NCBI RefSeq assembly: GCF_003231495.1
Contig: NZ_PQWO01000019.1
Span: 30,001-62,000 of the forward strand
Length of the DNA: 32,000 nt
From: Acaryochloris thomasi RCC1774
GTDB lineage: Bacteria > Cyanobacteriota > Cyanobacteriia > Thermosynechococcales > Thermosynechococcaceae
Reading direction: 5' to 3'
Shown one piece after another: positions 8,909 through 18,499 of the stretch (position 1 is its first letter; each line of letters opens with the position of its first letter). The position numbers and the translations under genes are program-made. The notes beneath the pieces are model-generated. The model ran no database searches. It was not told where the DNA came from and saw only the letters and a program-made list of their open reading frames with translations.

Positions 8909-9709
8909 ATGGCTTACCAAACTACTCTTCAATCTCAATCGATGGAGCTTCTGGTCTCCTATCAGCAAGAACCGTCTGTCCGTCTCAGAAATCGACTCGT
9001 TCGCCTCAATATGGGTCTGGTCCGCAAAGTCGCTCACCGTCTAGCCAACCAATGTGCTGAGCCTTATGAAGATTTAGAGCAGTGCGGCTACATGGGTTTG
9101 ATTACCGCCATTGAGCGTTTTGACCCCACTCAAGGCTATGCCTTCAGTTCCTTTGCCGTCCCCTACATTCGCGGTGAAATCCTTCACTTCTTGCGAGACC
9201 GCGCCAATACCGTCCGCGTCCCCCGTCGCTGGCAGCAGCTCAGCCGTGAGGGCGCAAAAGTCCGCCAAGCATTAGTGATGGAACTCGGTCGTCAGCCCAG
9301 TGATCAAGAGATTGCGGATGCCTTAGACCTCTCGATGAACGAGTGGCGCTCTGTGAAGCTTGCCGCTTCTAACCGCACACCGCTGAGCTTGAATGCTCGG
9401 GTTTCTTCTAGTCACCATCAGCAGTCTGAGTCAGCCATGACGCTCGGTGATACGTTAACCGATACGCACTATCAGATATTGCAGGTCAATGAAGAAGACC
9501 GCATTGAGCTACAGCATGCCCTCAATCAGCTTGAAGATAAGACACGGGAGATGATTGAGTCAGTCTTCTTTCATCATCTCTCTCGCCAGGAAGTGGCCAA
9601 GCGGATTGGCGTTAGCCCCGTCACAGTCACTCGCCGCATTAAGAAAGGAATTGATGAGCTAGTGGAGCTGCTTCAGAATCAAGCTCAGGTTCAGCCTACG
9701 GTTTCTTAA
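8909..9709 (+). CDS. sigF: group 3 sigma-70 family RNA polymerase sigma factor (SigF-like)
   Basis: 266 aa. Region 2 is YEDLEQCGYMGLITAIERFDPTQGYAFSSFAVPYIRGEILHFLRD. The region 4 HTH is LSRQEVAKRIGVSPVTVTRRIKKG. It lacks the long region 1 of group 1/2 factors. Confidence 0.8.
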   Translation: MAYQTTLQSQSMELLVSYQQEPSVRLRNRLVRLNMGLVRKVAHRLANQCAEPYEDLEQCGYMGLITAIERFDPTQGYAFSSFAVPYIRGEILHFLRDRANTVRVPRRWQQLSREGAKVRQALVMELGRQPSDQEIADALDLSMNEWRSVKLAASNRTPLSLNARVSSSHHQQSESAMTLGDTLTDTHYQILQVNEEDRIELQHALNQLEDKTREMIESVFFHHLSRQEVAKRIGVSPVTVTRRIKKGIDELVELLQNQAQVQPTVS

Positions 9710-9759
9710 ACATTCGGCAATCATAAATCAGGTTGCTATCCAACATTCTGTCCTATGTT

Positions 9760-9789
9760 CCCCCAAGCTATGAGCTTGGGGGATTCTTA
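9760..9789 (+). terminator. hairpin between convergent sigF-like and acs genes (probable terminator)
   Basis: CCCCCAAGCT-ATG-AGCTTGGGGG forms a 10-bp stem (9760-9782), followed by ATTCTTAT on the plus strand. There is no U-tract in the minus orientation. Confidence 0.45.
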
Positions 9790-9795
9790 TGGCCG

Positions 9796-11766
9796 CTAGT
9801 TTCCGCTCCGCAGCTTGTCGAGGACGCTTTGATCTTCCATGGTGGAGGCATCACCTACCAGTTCTTCGCCGCTGGCTAAGTTGCGGAGGAACCGACGGAT
9901 GATTTTACCCGATCTGGTTTTAGGTAGAGCATCAGCGAATTGAATCTCGCCAGGACGTGCGATCGCACCAATTTCCCCCACCACATGCTGCTTCAGCTCA
10001 GCTTTGAGGTCATCACTAGCGCTATGGGTCCCCTCTAGCATCACAAAAGCAAATACATCCTCGCCTTTCAAATCATCCTTACGACCTACCACTGCAGCCT
10101 CCGCCACGGCTGGGTGAGAGACTAGAGCAGACTCAATCTCCATCGTGCCTAAACGGTGCCCAGAGACGTTGATCACGTCATCTACCCGGCCCATGATCCA
10201 GAAATAACCGTCGGCATCACGACGGACACCATCACCCGCGAAGTATATATAGTTGCCGTCTTTGGGCGGAATATGCTCCCAATAGGTTTTACGGAAGCGC
10301 TCATCATTGCCGTATACCGTCCGCATCATACTCGGCCAGGGATGCTTGACAATCAGATAGCCACCCTCACCATCAGCAACGGGGTTGCCCTCAAGATCGA
10401 CCACATCAGCAAGGATGCCGGGGAAAGGGCGGGTCGCAGACCCAGGCTTAGTGGGCGTGGCTCCCGGTAGCGGCGTGATCATAAAGCCACCGGTTTCGGT
10501 TTGCCACCAGGTATCCACAATCGGACAGCGCTCACCCCCAATTACCTTGTGGTACCACATCCAAGCTTCAGGGTTAATCGGTTCACCAACGCTGCCCAAC
10601 AAACGGAGTGAGGACAGATCACGGCTGTTGGGATGCTGATCGCCTAGTTTAATGAAAGCGCGAATGGCCGTCGGGGCCGTATAGAAAATATTGACGCCGT
10701 ATTTCTCAACCACATCCCAGAAGCAGCCAGGGTTTGAAGGACGCGGGACACCTTCGTACATGAGGCTGGTGGCTCCGTTAGAGAGGGGGCCGTAGACGAT
10801 GTAGCTGTGCCCGGTAATCCAGCCGACGTCAGCGGTGCACCAATAAACGTCAGTGTCCTGCAAATCAAAGGCCCATTTGAGGGTCACGTGGGTATAAAGG
10901 TTATAGCCTGCCGTCGTATGCACAACGCCCTTGGGCTTACCGGTGGTGCCGCTGGTATACAAGATAAACAGCATATCTTCACTGTCCATCGGTTCGGGAG
11001 GGCAGTCACCGGAGGCTTTGGGCTGCAGGTCATGCCACCAGTGATCGCGGCCCGCCTGCATGGTGACGTCTTCTTTTGTCCGTTGTACAACTAAGACGTT
11101 CTCAACCGAAGGCACACTATTGTTCTCCAGCGCTTTGTCCACCGCAGGCTTGAGGGAAATCGTTTTATCTTTGCGGAAGCCGCCGTCTGCGGTAATCACG
11201 AGCTTAGCTTCGGCATCTTTGAGACGATCTTTAAGAGCTTCGGCGCTGAATCCTCCGAAAATAACGGTGTGGGGAGCACCGATACGGGCACAGGCTAACA
11301 TTGCGATCGCAGCTTCCGGCACCATTGGCATATAGATTCCGACTCGGTCCCCCTTAGTGACGCCTAAATCTTTGAGGACATTGGCAGTCTGACAAACCTC
11401 TCGATGGAGTTGGGCATAGGTATAGGTCCGGGAGTCACCGGGTTCTCCTTCCCAGATCAGCGCAGCTTTATTACGTCTCCAGGTTTTAAGGTGACGGTCT
11501 AGGCAGTTGTAGGTGATATTCATCTTGCCGCCTACAAACCACTTGGCAAAGGGGGGCTGCCAGTCTAGAACCTGATCCCATTTCTCAAACCAGTCCAGCT
11601 CTTGCTCAGCAAGTTCTGCCCAGAACGCCGCAGGGTCAGCCTCTGCCTTAGCGTAAAGCTGCTCGTATTGTTCCAGGCTTTTAACGTGGGCGGCCTGGGA
11701 AAAATCTGCGGGTGGCTGAAACAGCCGCTGTTCTTGAAGAATTGATTCAATAGTGGGTTGTGACAT
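9796..11766 (-). CDS. acs: acetyl-CoA synthetase (acetate--CoA ligase)
   Basis: 656 aa. The AMP-binding motif [11 protein letters not shown], the WWQTETGG motif and the C-terminal [12 protein letters not shown] motif are present. Confidence 0.95.
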   Translation of the reverse strand: MSQPTIESILQEQRLFQPPADFSQAAHVKSLEQYEQLYAKAEADPAAFWAELAEQELDWFEKWDQVLDWQPPFAKWFVGGKMNITYNCLDRHLKTWRRNKAALIWEGEPGDSRTYTYAQLHREVCQTANVLKDLGVTKGDRVGIYMPMVPEAAIAMLACARIGAPHTVIFGGFSAEALKDRLKDAEAKLVITADGGFRKDKTISLKPAVDKALENNSVPSVENVLVVQRTKEDVTMQAGRDHWWHDLQPKASGDCPPEPMDSEDMLFILYTSGTTGKPKGVVHTTAGYNLYTHVTLKWAFDLQDTDVYWCTADVGWITGHSYIVYGPLSNGATSLMYEGVPRPSNPGCFWDVVEKYGVNIFYTAPTAIRAFIKLGDQHPNSRDLSSLRLLGSVGEPINPEAWMWYHKVIGGERCPIVDTWWQTETGGFMITPLPGATPTKPGSATRPFPGILADVVDLEGNPVADGEGGYLIVKHPWPSMMRTVYGNDERFRKTYWEHIPPKDGNYIYFAGDGVRRDADGYFWIMGRVDDVINVSGHRLGTMEIESALVSHPAVAEAAVVGRKDDLKGEDVFAFVMLEGTHSASDDLKAELKQHVVGEIGAIARPGEIQFADALPKTRSGKIIRRFLRNLASGEELVGDASTMEDQSVLDKLRSGN

Positions 11767-12000
11767 GGCCCTAACGTAAATCCTGTGTGCTTTGAGACTA
11801 TCTTCCTATGGTTCTATCGGAGGCCGTCCCTAAATGTGCTGAATTTCGTGAATCTTTAAGATTGAGCACTTGGACAGGCACAGCAACCTCAAGTGACGCT
11901 CGGCTGAAAACACCAGTTCAAAGTCAATAGCAGATTTGGAGTTAGAGATTCTGACAGGGTACACCCAACCAGGATCTGTAGATCAGTGAAGGTGGCGGCT

Positions 12001-12360
12001 TCAAGCGTCGGGTTTGCGGTTGTTCTGAGGAAGCTGTCGCTGGGTCGAAGACTGAGATTCTAGGGTTGTTGGAGCTGCTGTATGCAAACGATTCTCAAGC
12101 CTCAATAACTCATTTTCAAGGCGTAATACTAAGTTCTCGCGCTCAAGCTTGGCTTCGTTGTGTCTAGATTCAGCTCGGACCTCATTTTCGCTAATTTTTG
12201 CCTCGTTATCCCTGACGGTACGTGCCACTTGGTTCAGAATCTGCGCTAGCCTGTCCAAGTCCTCACGGATGCTCGTAATATCCTCTGAGTTCTTCTCTAC
12301 GCGGCCTTGTAAACGTAGTAATTTTTGAATGAAGTCTTTAAGATCTGATGACCAGCTCAT
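12001..12360 (-). CDS. hypothetical coiled-coil protein (119 aa)
   Basis: ATG start that overlaps the upstream ORF stop (ATGA at 12357-12360). Heptad-like stretch LERENLVLRLENELLRLENRL. No recognised family. Confidence 0.55.
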   Translation of the reverse strand: MSWSSDLKDFIQKLLRLQGRVEKNSEDITSIREDLDRLAQILNQVARTVRDNEAKISENEVRAESRHNEAKLERENLVLRLENELLRLENRLHTAAPTTLESQSSTQRQLPQNNRKPDA

Positions 12361-12929
12361 AGGTCTTTGACCAGTTCCTCAAGCTTGGTCAGGGTTGAAT
12401 GTGTTGAATCAGCTAATTTCTGAGTCTGAAATTGATTGTTTAAGATGTACGCATCGCCTTCATTCACCAAAGCGCGAATAATCTCAAGTTCTTCTGATAG
12501 GGTTTCTTCATCGAGTTCTTCCCCGTCATCGTCTTTGTTAGGGTCAGGAATGCCGGATGATAGCTCACTAAGGGGTATTGCTTGCGATAGACCCTCATCA
12601 TAAAATTCCCAAAACTCTGATGGCATATTTAGCTCTGCTTGCCTAACAATCTCTGCCCGCTTGGCTTCATCTACCATCGACAAAGAACGATACTCAGAGC
12701 GTCTCAAAGCTCTGGTGATAGGAGTAACCAAGGGTCTCTCCACCAAGCAAAACATTGAGCCTATGGCCCAACTCGGAACAGGGCCTATTCTGGTAGTGCG
12801 AAGTATTCGTGCTAGCTGAGAAGCAACATACTCACGCACTTCTGGAGTGATTGAAGAAGCGTCGATGTCTTCAGTCTTTTCATTCTGCGGAGCGTAACGT
12901 TCAGATTCACTCATAGGGCCATTGTGCAT
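12357..12929 (-). CDS. hypothetical protein with acidic C-terminal half
   Basis: The ORF is open up to a TTG at 12944. The first ATGs are at 12929 and 12914, so the start is uncertain. It is coupled to the downstream 119-aa ORF. No recognised motif. Confidence 0.5.
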   Translation of the reverse strand: MHNGPMSESERYAPQNEKTEDIDASSITPEVREYVASQLARILRTTRIGPVPSWAIGSMFCLVERPLVTPITRALRRSEYRSLSMVDEAKRAEIVRQAELNMPSEFWEFYDEGLSQAIPLSELSSGIPDPNKDDDGEELDEETLSEELEIIRALVNEGDAYILNNQFQTQKLADSTHSTLTKLEELVKDL

Positions 12930-13090
12930 AGCGTGGCTTGTCAAGCATAACTTATTCCCTTGTTGGTATTATCATCAGTGGTTCGGGACAAGAGCAGACC
13001 CTTGACAGTGCCTCAACCATGCTCCAAGCAAGAGAAAGAAACGCTAAACTAGAAGCATGAAAGGGTTCGAGTACGAGCCAGGGGGTTCCC

Positions 13091-13402
13091 GTGACAATTT
13101 CAAATCAATGGAGCAGCCCTCTGCTTTTTGCAGCTCTCCTGATCGGCGCGAGTGGAATACAGCCCGCCACGGCACAGAGAATCACTAATCCTGTCATTCA
13201 AGGCTTTTTAGGATCGCAAAACTCCAGGAAGTTCTTCAAACAAGGGCGCATCAAGCTAGAACAAGAAATTCAGCGGCTGGAACAGTTTGAGCAGATTTCG
13301 TTAGAGCAACTGCTGCAGGTGAATCCTGATGCCTCCATTGAGGACCAAGAGATTCAGGAACTGGAGTCGATGGGGCAACGGAAAAGAAAACGAGATCGCT
13401 AA
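13091..13402 (+). CDS. hypothetical secreted protein with coiled-coil segment (103 aa)
   Basis: GTG start with an AGGGGG about 8 nt upstream. The N-terminal signal-peptide-like segment is SSPLLFAALLIGASGIQPATAQ. It is followed by KLEQEIQRLEQFEQISLEQLLQ and a basic tail. Confidence 0.45.
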   Translation: MTISNQWSSPLLFAALLIGASGIQPATAQRITNPVIQGFLGSQNSRKFFKQGRIKLEQEIQRLEQFEQISLEQLLQVNPDASIEDQEIQELESMGQRKRKRDR

Positions 13403-13404
13403 TC

Positions 13405-13908
13405 TCAGCGGTCCACCAAGCTTGTATTTTTCAACGGCTGTGATGGAGAAGAGCTGGCGGATGGGTGTACGGCTTTGGCTTTCCTTTGACTCTCTACCAA
13501 GATCATTTTTAGCTCCTTCAAGACCCGGTCTTGCTCTTGCTTCGCCATCTCTAGCTGATTCAAGGCAATCAGTAGTCGCTCTTGCAAATTATCTTCTGTC
13601 TCCACCTTGCGCTTTCGACTCGGAGACTTAAGGGTCATCGTCGGCAAACTTAGAGACTTTGAAGACTTTGCCAATAGCCACTGGAGCAGCAAATAGGGAG
13701 ACTTCACGATCAGCAGTAAAAGCCGCTTGATCACATTACTCACTAAGCCTAGAATCCCCTGGACCAGGACCAGCAACACAACAATTGCAACCACCATCAC
13801 GAGGGGATGCGCCACCCACCAGGTGAGGTTGAGATAGGGCGCTGCCCCCTGATCTATCCAGCGATCTAAAGAGGGCTGAAATAGATTTTCAGCAACAGGC
13901 TGTTTCAT
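13405..13908 (-). CDS. hypothetical membrane protein with C-terminal coiled-coil
   Basis: The track start at 13911 is TTG, and an ATG follows at 13908. The hydrophobic segments are AHPLVMVVAIVVLLVLVQGILGLV and LLLLIV...LLLQWLL. These are followed by NLQERLLIALNQLEMAKQEQDRVLKELK. It starts 15-18 bp after the CruA-like gene on the same strand. Confidence 0.5.
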   Translation of the reverse strand: MKQPVAENLFQPSLDRWIDQGAAPYLNLTWWVAHPLVMVVAIVVLLVLVQGILGLVSNVIKRLLLLIVKSPYLLLQWLLAKSSKSLSLPTMTLKSPSRKRKVETEDNLQERLLIALNQLEMAKQEQDRVLKELKMILVESQRKAKAVHPSASSSPSQPLKNTSLVDR

Positions 13909-13926
13909 CAAAGATTCTCTTCGCGG

Positions 13927-16044
13927 CTAAAGCGAAACCTCCGAGACCGTCTGAGAGACATTGGTCTCTGTCGCTGCAGGAGCAGAGGGCAAGCGCAGCT
14001 GCAGCCGAGGCCGTCCCATACCGTAGGTAAGGCGATAGCTCCAGGCTAATAAACGGTGCCAGAGTCTCGGCCAGCGAGCGACCATCGGATCTTGCCAGCG
14101 CAGCAGTAGCTCAGGCAACCACCCTCCAAACAGAAACGACATTAGGCTCGCCCAGGTAAAGGTGATATAGGTACCGACCCAGCGGGAAAAATCAGTCCAC
14201 CCCATCGACTGCACTACCCAAATCGGAATCATGGGATTACGCCAGCCCGCAATCAGAGCATTGCGAGTCATAAAGGACCAGCTGCCGCGATCTTTAATAA
14301 AGTCATCAACTTCCTGCGGAGATTCTTCAGTCAATACCCCGAAGAATGTGTTTAAAGTTGAATTGATCCAGTTGGGGGACAGCTTTGAATTCGGGGGCAC
14401 CATCATGCCGCGCGAGAAAATCCAGGTGACGGCGAGGTTATCTTGATAGGCGTTGATGCGGCTGAGATCTTTGCCGGTCAGCAGATCGTGCTGGAGTGCG
14501 ATGTCGAGCAGATGCGTGACGCGGGGTAGGTTGCGAACCAAAGAGCCAAAGCCGGTAAAGATCAGGGGCGAGCTGAGGGAGGCTGAGTCGCCGATCGAGA
14601 GGATGCGATCGCAACCCGGCGGTCGGTCCCCCGCATTCCGGCTAAAGCGCCCAGGAATATAGCCAAAGGCCGCCTTACGCCACTCAAGCCGTTCTAAATC
14701 ACACCGTCGATACTCAGGCAAACAATGGAAGAAGTCCTCAAATAGCTCTAGTAGAGAACCAGGATTATCGGGCCTAATCTGGTGGTAGTAGAACAGATAA
14801 ATCGTCAAATCCTGCTCATGGCCCGGGAACATCTCCCAGATTAGCTGCCGTCCCCGACTTATATCTCCATTGGTGAGCAAAGGTTCACCATAGTCATGAT
14901 CCCAGACCCCAGGGGCAAACCCATTTTTGACAACGCCACCGATCGTTGGACACACACTGTCAAAAGCCTGTCCCGGATTCATCTGCTGAGCAATCCGGGA
15001 CGCCGTGCCCATGGCATCAATGAGTAACCGAGATTCCAGGTGCATCACCTGATCGGTCTCTAGATTTCTGGCCCGAATCGTGACCTTATCGTCTTCTAAG
15101 TAAGCCTGCTCGAACTCAGTCAGCTCCAGAATCTGTCCACCCGCCGCGACCAGCTTCTCACCACAGAGCTGCAGGAGGCGATCGCAATCCATTGCAATAT
15201 TGAGCACCGTTGGTGTCGTCAGCACAGGTGCTCTAGCATTGGGGGCATTATTGCCGCTAAAGAACAAATTAAAATTATCGCGGTACTCCCGAGCAATGAG
15301 GCTTTCGAGCTCAGCCACAGTCAGCAAACCCACATCAACCAGCGTCTGCAGCTCCGTGCGCGAAATATTCCACTCCCGATTCATGCGACCGAACTTAATG
15401 CGCTCGACAAGGGCCACTCGATAGCCCAAACGCGCCAACATCGCCCCACTCAGAACGCCAAGCGCCCCGCCGACAATCACTACATCCCAGACTGAATCAG
15501 GCGTTTTGACCACAGGGGCCTGCTGCACAATAGGGAGATCTTGATCAGGTCCAGTATCAAAACTTTTGCCAACTTCATGTCGCCATCGTTTTTCCCACCA
15601 GTAAGCCCGCTGCAGATCTGCCTCACCGTTAGGAATAGCCTGAAAATACTTCGCGGTCAGAGGATAGTGAGGCTGGAGAGCTGCAAAAATATCAGTTTGA
15701 CTCAAGTCAATTTCTGGGAAAGTCTGAAGCTTCTGAGGGAAAGCCTCTCGCAGATTTTTGACAAGCGTGTCAAGCACCTGTGCCTGATTTGAAACGGGCC
15801 GTTCTGACCACTGATTCGCCTTTACATAAGTCGTCCGTAGATGCTGCCAAGCATAGAAGACCACCGCACTGTCCTGATCTTGGATTTTAAGTCCGGTAGA
15901 GGTAGGACTCAGCGTCACACTAGGCTTTAGATTGAGCTGCAGAACACAAGACTCTGAGCCAGCAGTAGAACACTGCAAATGCAGCCAGCGATGTACAGCA
16001 TCTGTATCGGGAGTAGGAATTTCAAGATATAAAAGTTGTTTCAT
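13927..16044 (-). CDS. CruA/CruP-type lycopene cyclase family flavoprotein (CruA-like by length and architecture)
   Basis: The FAD dinucleotide-binding motif DVVIVGGALGVLSGAMLARLGYRVALVE follows an N-terminal extension of about 190 aa. The C-terminal region is hydrophobic and Trp-rich. The track start at 16056 is TTG, and an ATG lies at 16044. The family assignment is from memory of cyanobacterial CruA features, not from a search. Confidence 0.55.
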   Translation of the reverse strand: MKQLLYLEIPTPDTDAVHRWLHLQCSTAGSESCVLQLNLKPSVTLSPTSTGLKIQDQDSAVVFYAWQHLRTTYVKANQWSERPVSNQAQVLDTLVKNLREAFPQKLQTFPEIDLSQTDIFAALQPHYPLTAKYFQAIPNGEADLQRAYWWEKRWRHEVGKSFDTGPDQDLPIVQQAPVVKTPDSVWDVVIVGGALGVLSGAMLARLGYRVALVERIKFGRMNREWNISRTELQTLVDVGLLTVAELESLIAREYRDNFNLFFSGNNAPNARAPVLTTPTVLNIAMDCDRLLQLCGEKLVAAGGQILELTEFEQAYLEDDKVTIRARNLETDQVMHLESRLLIDAMGTASRIAQQMNPGQAFDSVCPTIGGVVKNGFAPGVWDHDYGEPLLTNGDISRGRQLIWEMFPGHEQDLTIYLFYYHQIRPDNPGSLLELFEDFFHCLPEYRRCDLERLEWRKAAFGYIPGRFSRNAGDRPPGCDRILSIGDSASLSSPLIFTGFGSLVRNLPRVTHLLDIALQHDLLTGKDLSRINAYQDNLAVTWIFSRGMMVPPNSKLSPNWINSTLNTFFGVLTEESPQEVDDFIKDRGSWSFMTRNALIAGWRNPMIPIWVVQSMGWTDFSRWVGTYITFTWASLMSFLFGGWLPELLLRWQDPMVARWPRLWHRLLAWSYRLTYGMGRPRLQLRLPSAPAATETNVSQTVSEVSL

Positions 16045-16268
16045 CAGCTTAAGCAATGTCTAAGCTGCGCTGTAGTTACGGGCATAGGGGGCTTAGCAGC
16101 CAGAACCTTGACCTCTAAAGTGTAGATTCAAACAACGTGAAGCAGCTTAGGAAACGTTTGATTAATAATCTAATGCTAAGCATATCGTGGCCTGGGTCAT
16201 TTCCGGTGACGTCGAGGGCAGGTTACACTCATGTCTATTGACCGCTGGTCTTCCATCCCCCCGTAAAT

Positions 16269-17561
16269 ATGTCATTTGAACCCCTCGGTCTGTCCGCCGA
16301 ACTCCTCCGCGCTATTGCAGACCAAGGCTATAGCACCCCTACCCCTATTCAAACTCAAGCCATTCCCGTGATTTTAGAGGGAAAAGATGTTTTAGCAGGT
16401 GCCCAAACCGGAACCGGCAAAACGGCAGGCTTTACCCTGCCGCTCCTTCAACGATTGAGCAAACCCACAGGCCCCCGGCATCGCAGATTCGTGCGGGCCT
16501 TAATCCTGACGCCAACACGTGAACTCGCAGCTCAGGTGAGTGAAAGCGTAAAGATCTATGGCAAATATTTATCCTTGCGTTCCACCGTGATCTTTGGCGG
16601 CGTCAGCATCAACCCCCAGATTACGCGACTGCGGAATGGCGTTGATATTCTAGTAGCCACCCCCGGACGACTCTTAGATCACGTAGGCCGCAATACCGTT
16701 GATCTTTCCAAGCTGGAGGTTTTAGTCTTAGACGAAGCCGATCGCATGTTAGATATGGGCTTCATTCACGACATTCGCAAGGTCTTAGCGCTGCTGCCAC
16801 CGACCCGTCAGAATCTACTCTTTTCAGCGACATTCTCCAGAGAAATTCAGTCGCTGGCTAACGGCCTACTAGAGTCTCCTACGCTCATTGAAGTGGCCCG
16901 CCGCAATACAGCCGCAGAGAGCGTTTCGCAAACCATACATCCCGTAGACAGCAAACGCAAACGAGAGCTGTTATCTTTTTTAATTGGCTCACGTAACTGG
17001 CAGCAGGTCTTGGTGTTCACACGTACTAAACATGGTGCCAATCGTCTAGCGCAGCAGCTTGAGAAAGATGGCATCACGACTGCAGCCATCCACGGCAACA
17101 AGAGTCAAGGTGCTCGCACGAGAGCACTCGCGAACTTTAAGCAGGGCAGTGTGCGTGTGCTGGTGGCAACCGATATTGCGGCGCGAGGGCTAGATATTGA
17201 TCAACTGCCCCATGTGGTCAATTTTGACCTGCCCAACGTGCCAGAAGACTATGTCCATCGCATTGGTCGTACCGGGCGGGCGGGCAACGAAGGCCAGGCC
17301 GTTTCGCTAGTTTGCGTCGATGAGCACAAGTTTCTCAGGGATATTGAGCGGTTGATCAAACGCAATATCGATCGCGAGACGATTCCTGGTTATGAACCGG
17401 ACCCATCGATCAAGCCCGTCCCGATTCAGACCGGTCGCAGTAACAGGCCCTCAGGAGGCAAGAAAAACCGCCGCCCACGTTCCAAAAAGTCACGAGGGCC
17501 AGAAGCAGCGGGCCGCAAGTCTCAACAACCGCCTCGCCCGCGAAAACGCCAATCCAAGTGA
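16269..17561 (+). CDS. DEAD-box ATP-dependent RNA helicase (RhlE-like) with Arg/Lys-rich C-terminal tail
   Basis: Q-motif region GYSTPTPIQ, then [21 protein letters not shown] and [10 protein letters not shown]. The tail is [16 protein letters not shown]...PRPRKRQSK. Confidence 0.9.
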   Translation: MSFEPLGLSAELLRAIADQGYSTPTPIQTQAIPVILEGKDVLAGAQTGTGKTAGFTLPLLQRLSKPTGPRHRRFVRALILTPTRELAAQVSESVKIYGKYLSLRSTVIFGGVSINPQITRLRNGVDILVATPGRLLDHVGRNTVDLSKLEVLVLDEADRMLDMGFIHDIRKVLALLPPTRQNLLFSATFSREIQSLANGLLESPTLIEVARRNTAAESVSQTIHPVDSKRKRELLSFLIGSRNWQQVLVFTRTKHGANRLAQQLEKDGITTAAIHGNKSQGARTRALANFKQGSVRVLVATDIAARGLDIDQLPHVVNFDLPNVPEDYVHRIGRTGRAGNEGQAVSLVCVDEHKFLRDIERLIKRNIDRETIPGYEPDPSIKPVPIQTGRSNRPSGGKKNRRPRSKKSRGPEAAGRKSQQPPRPRKRQSK

Positions 17562-17629
17562 GGCTTCAAGTTTGAGCCACTTTCAGCAGCCCCGCAACCA
17601 AACGCAGAGCCTCCAGGCAAAAGCCGAGC

Positions 17630-18499
17630 TCAGCGATAAAGACTCAGCATCGACTGAAACGTTGCAGTGTCAAAGCTGCGGGGATCTGCGCGATTACCCG
17701 AGCGATCAACCTCTCGATGGGTGGTAACCCGGCTGTCAGGAACCCCAGTTCTCGCAACCAGCCAAGCCAAAGACTGATACTGCGCTTGCGTATAGCCAGA
17801 ATGTACGGCATTCTTACTCTCGCGGCCATCAGGCGGCGTTTCAAAGGAAATATGATAGGCGAAGTTATTCACTGAAGGAGGCAAGTCAGGATTCGTTTTG
17901 ACCGTTTCTATGCCGCGATCGCCCTCAAAGACTGAGTTCCCTGCCCCATAGGCCCGCTTCTCTGGCGGCACCAAATAAATCACCGTTCCATCAGCCCAGA
18001 TTAGGGCATGGTAGCTCACTTGGTCTGCATCATTGAGATGTGGGGTCTGGAAATGATTGACCGCACTCATGCCAGATCCGACTGTTTCGTGCAGAACGAT
18101 AATCCAATCATTGTCAACGGGCTGACCTTGAGCATTTTGTGCATACCGTTCACCATAGTTACTAGGATGCACCTCCGCCTGATATTGGGGAGGCTGGTAG
18201 CCGCTGTTGCTCGCTGAGGAAGGAGCAGGTACTGGGGAAGGCACAACAGGGGAAGGGGGTGACACAGATTCTGGATTGGCCGTCACGTAATCTTGTACAG
18301 GGGGAGCCGCGTCAGAAGCGGAGGTCACATTCGTGAATGATTCAGCCTGGGCCTGTTGCAGATCAACGGATTCAGGTGGCGATCGCAACAGATCCAGAGA
18401 GTCATTATTGCGCAGGCCAAACGCCGCAGTAACTACGCCGGTAATTGTGAGGACAACAACAATAAACAGAATATTTTGCTTCAATGCTGCATCCTCCAT
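17630..18499 (-). CDS. membrane-anchored N-acetylmuramoyl-L-alanine amidase (Amidase_2/PGRP-type domain)
   Basis: An N-terminal TM helix is followed by a Pro/Ser-rich linker and then a catalytic region. By eye the catalytic region aligns with T7-lysozyme-type motifs (IVLHET; VSYHALIWADGTV; YTQAQYQSLAWL; THREVD...ADPRSFD). The ATG overlaps the stop of the PHP gene. Confidence 0.7.
   Translation of the reverse strand: MEDAALKQNILFIVVVLTITGVVTAAFGLRNNDSLDLLRSPPESVDLQQAQAESFTNVTSASDAAPPVQDYVTANPESVSPPSPVVPSPVPAPSSASNSGYQPPQYQAEVHPSNYGERYAQNAQGQPVDNDWIIVLHETVGSGMSAVNHFQTPHLNDADQVSYHALIWADGTVIYLVPPEKRAYGAGNSVFEGDRGIETVKTNPDLPPSVNNFAYHISFETPPDGRESKNAVHSGYTQAQYQSLAWLVARTGVPDSRVTTHREVDRSGNRADPRSFDTATFQSMLSLYR

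Noticed and set aside
8891-9720. A 12-nt direct repeat AACATTCGGCAA (8891-8902 and 9709-9720) bracketing the sigF-like CDS almost exactly
   Set aside because: Dozens of chance 12-mer repeats are expected among all position pairs in 32 kb. There are no flanking mobile-element features and the match does not extend.
13329-13631. A 100-aa plus-strand ORF overlapping the 3' part of the 167-aa minus-strand gene
   Set aside because: Its composition (R/S/P/L-rich) looks like an antisense shadow. The minus-strand frame gives a coherent TM plus coiled-coil protein.
17392-17727. A 111-aa plus-strand ORF overlapping the helicase 3' end and the amidase 3' end
   Set aside because: It is an alternative-frame read of the Arg/Lys-rich helicase tail and runs antisense into the amidase gene. 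It has no motifs.
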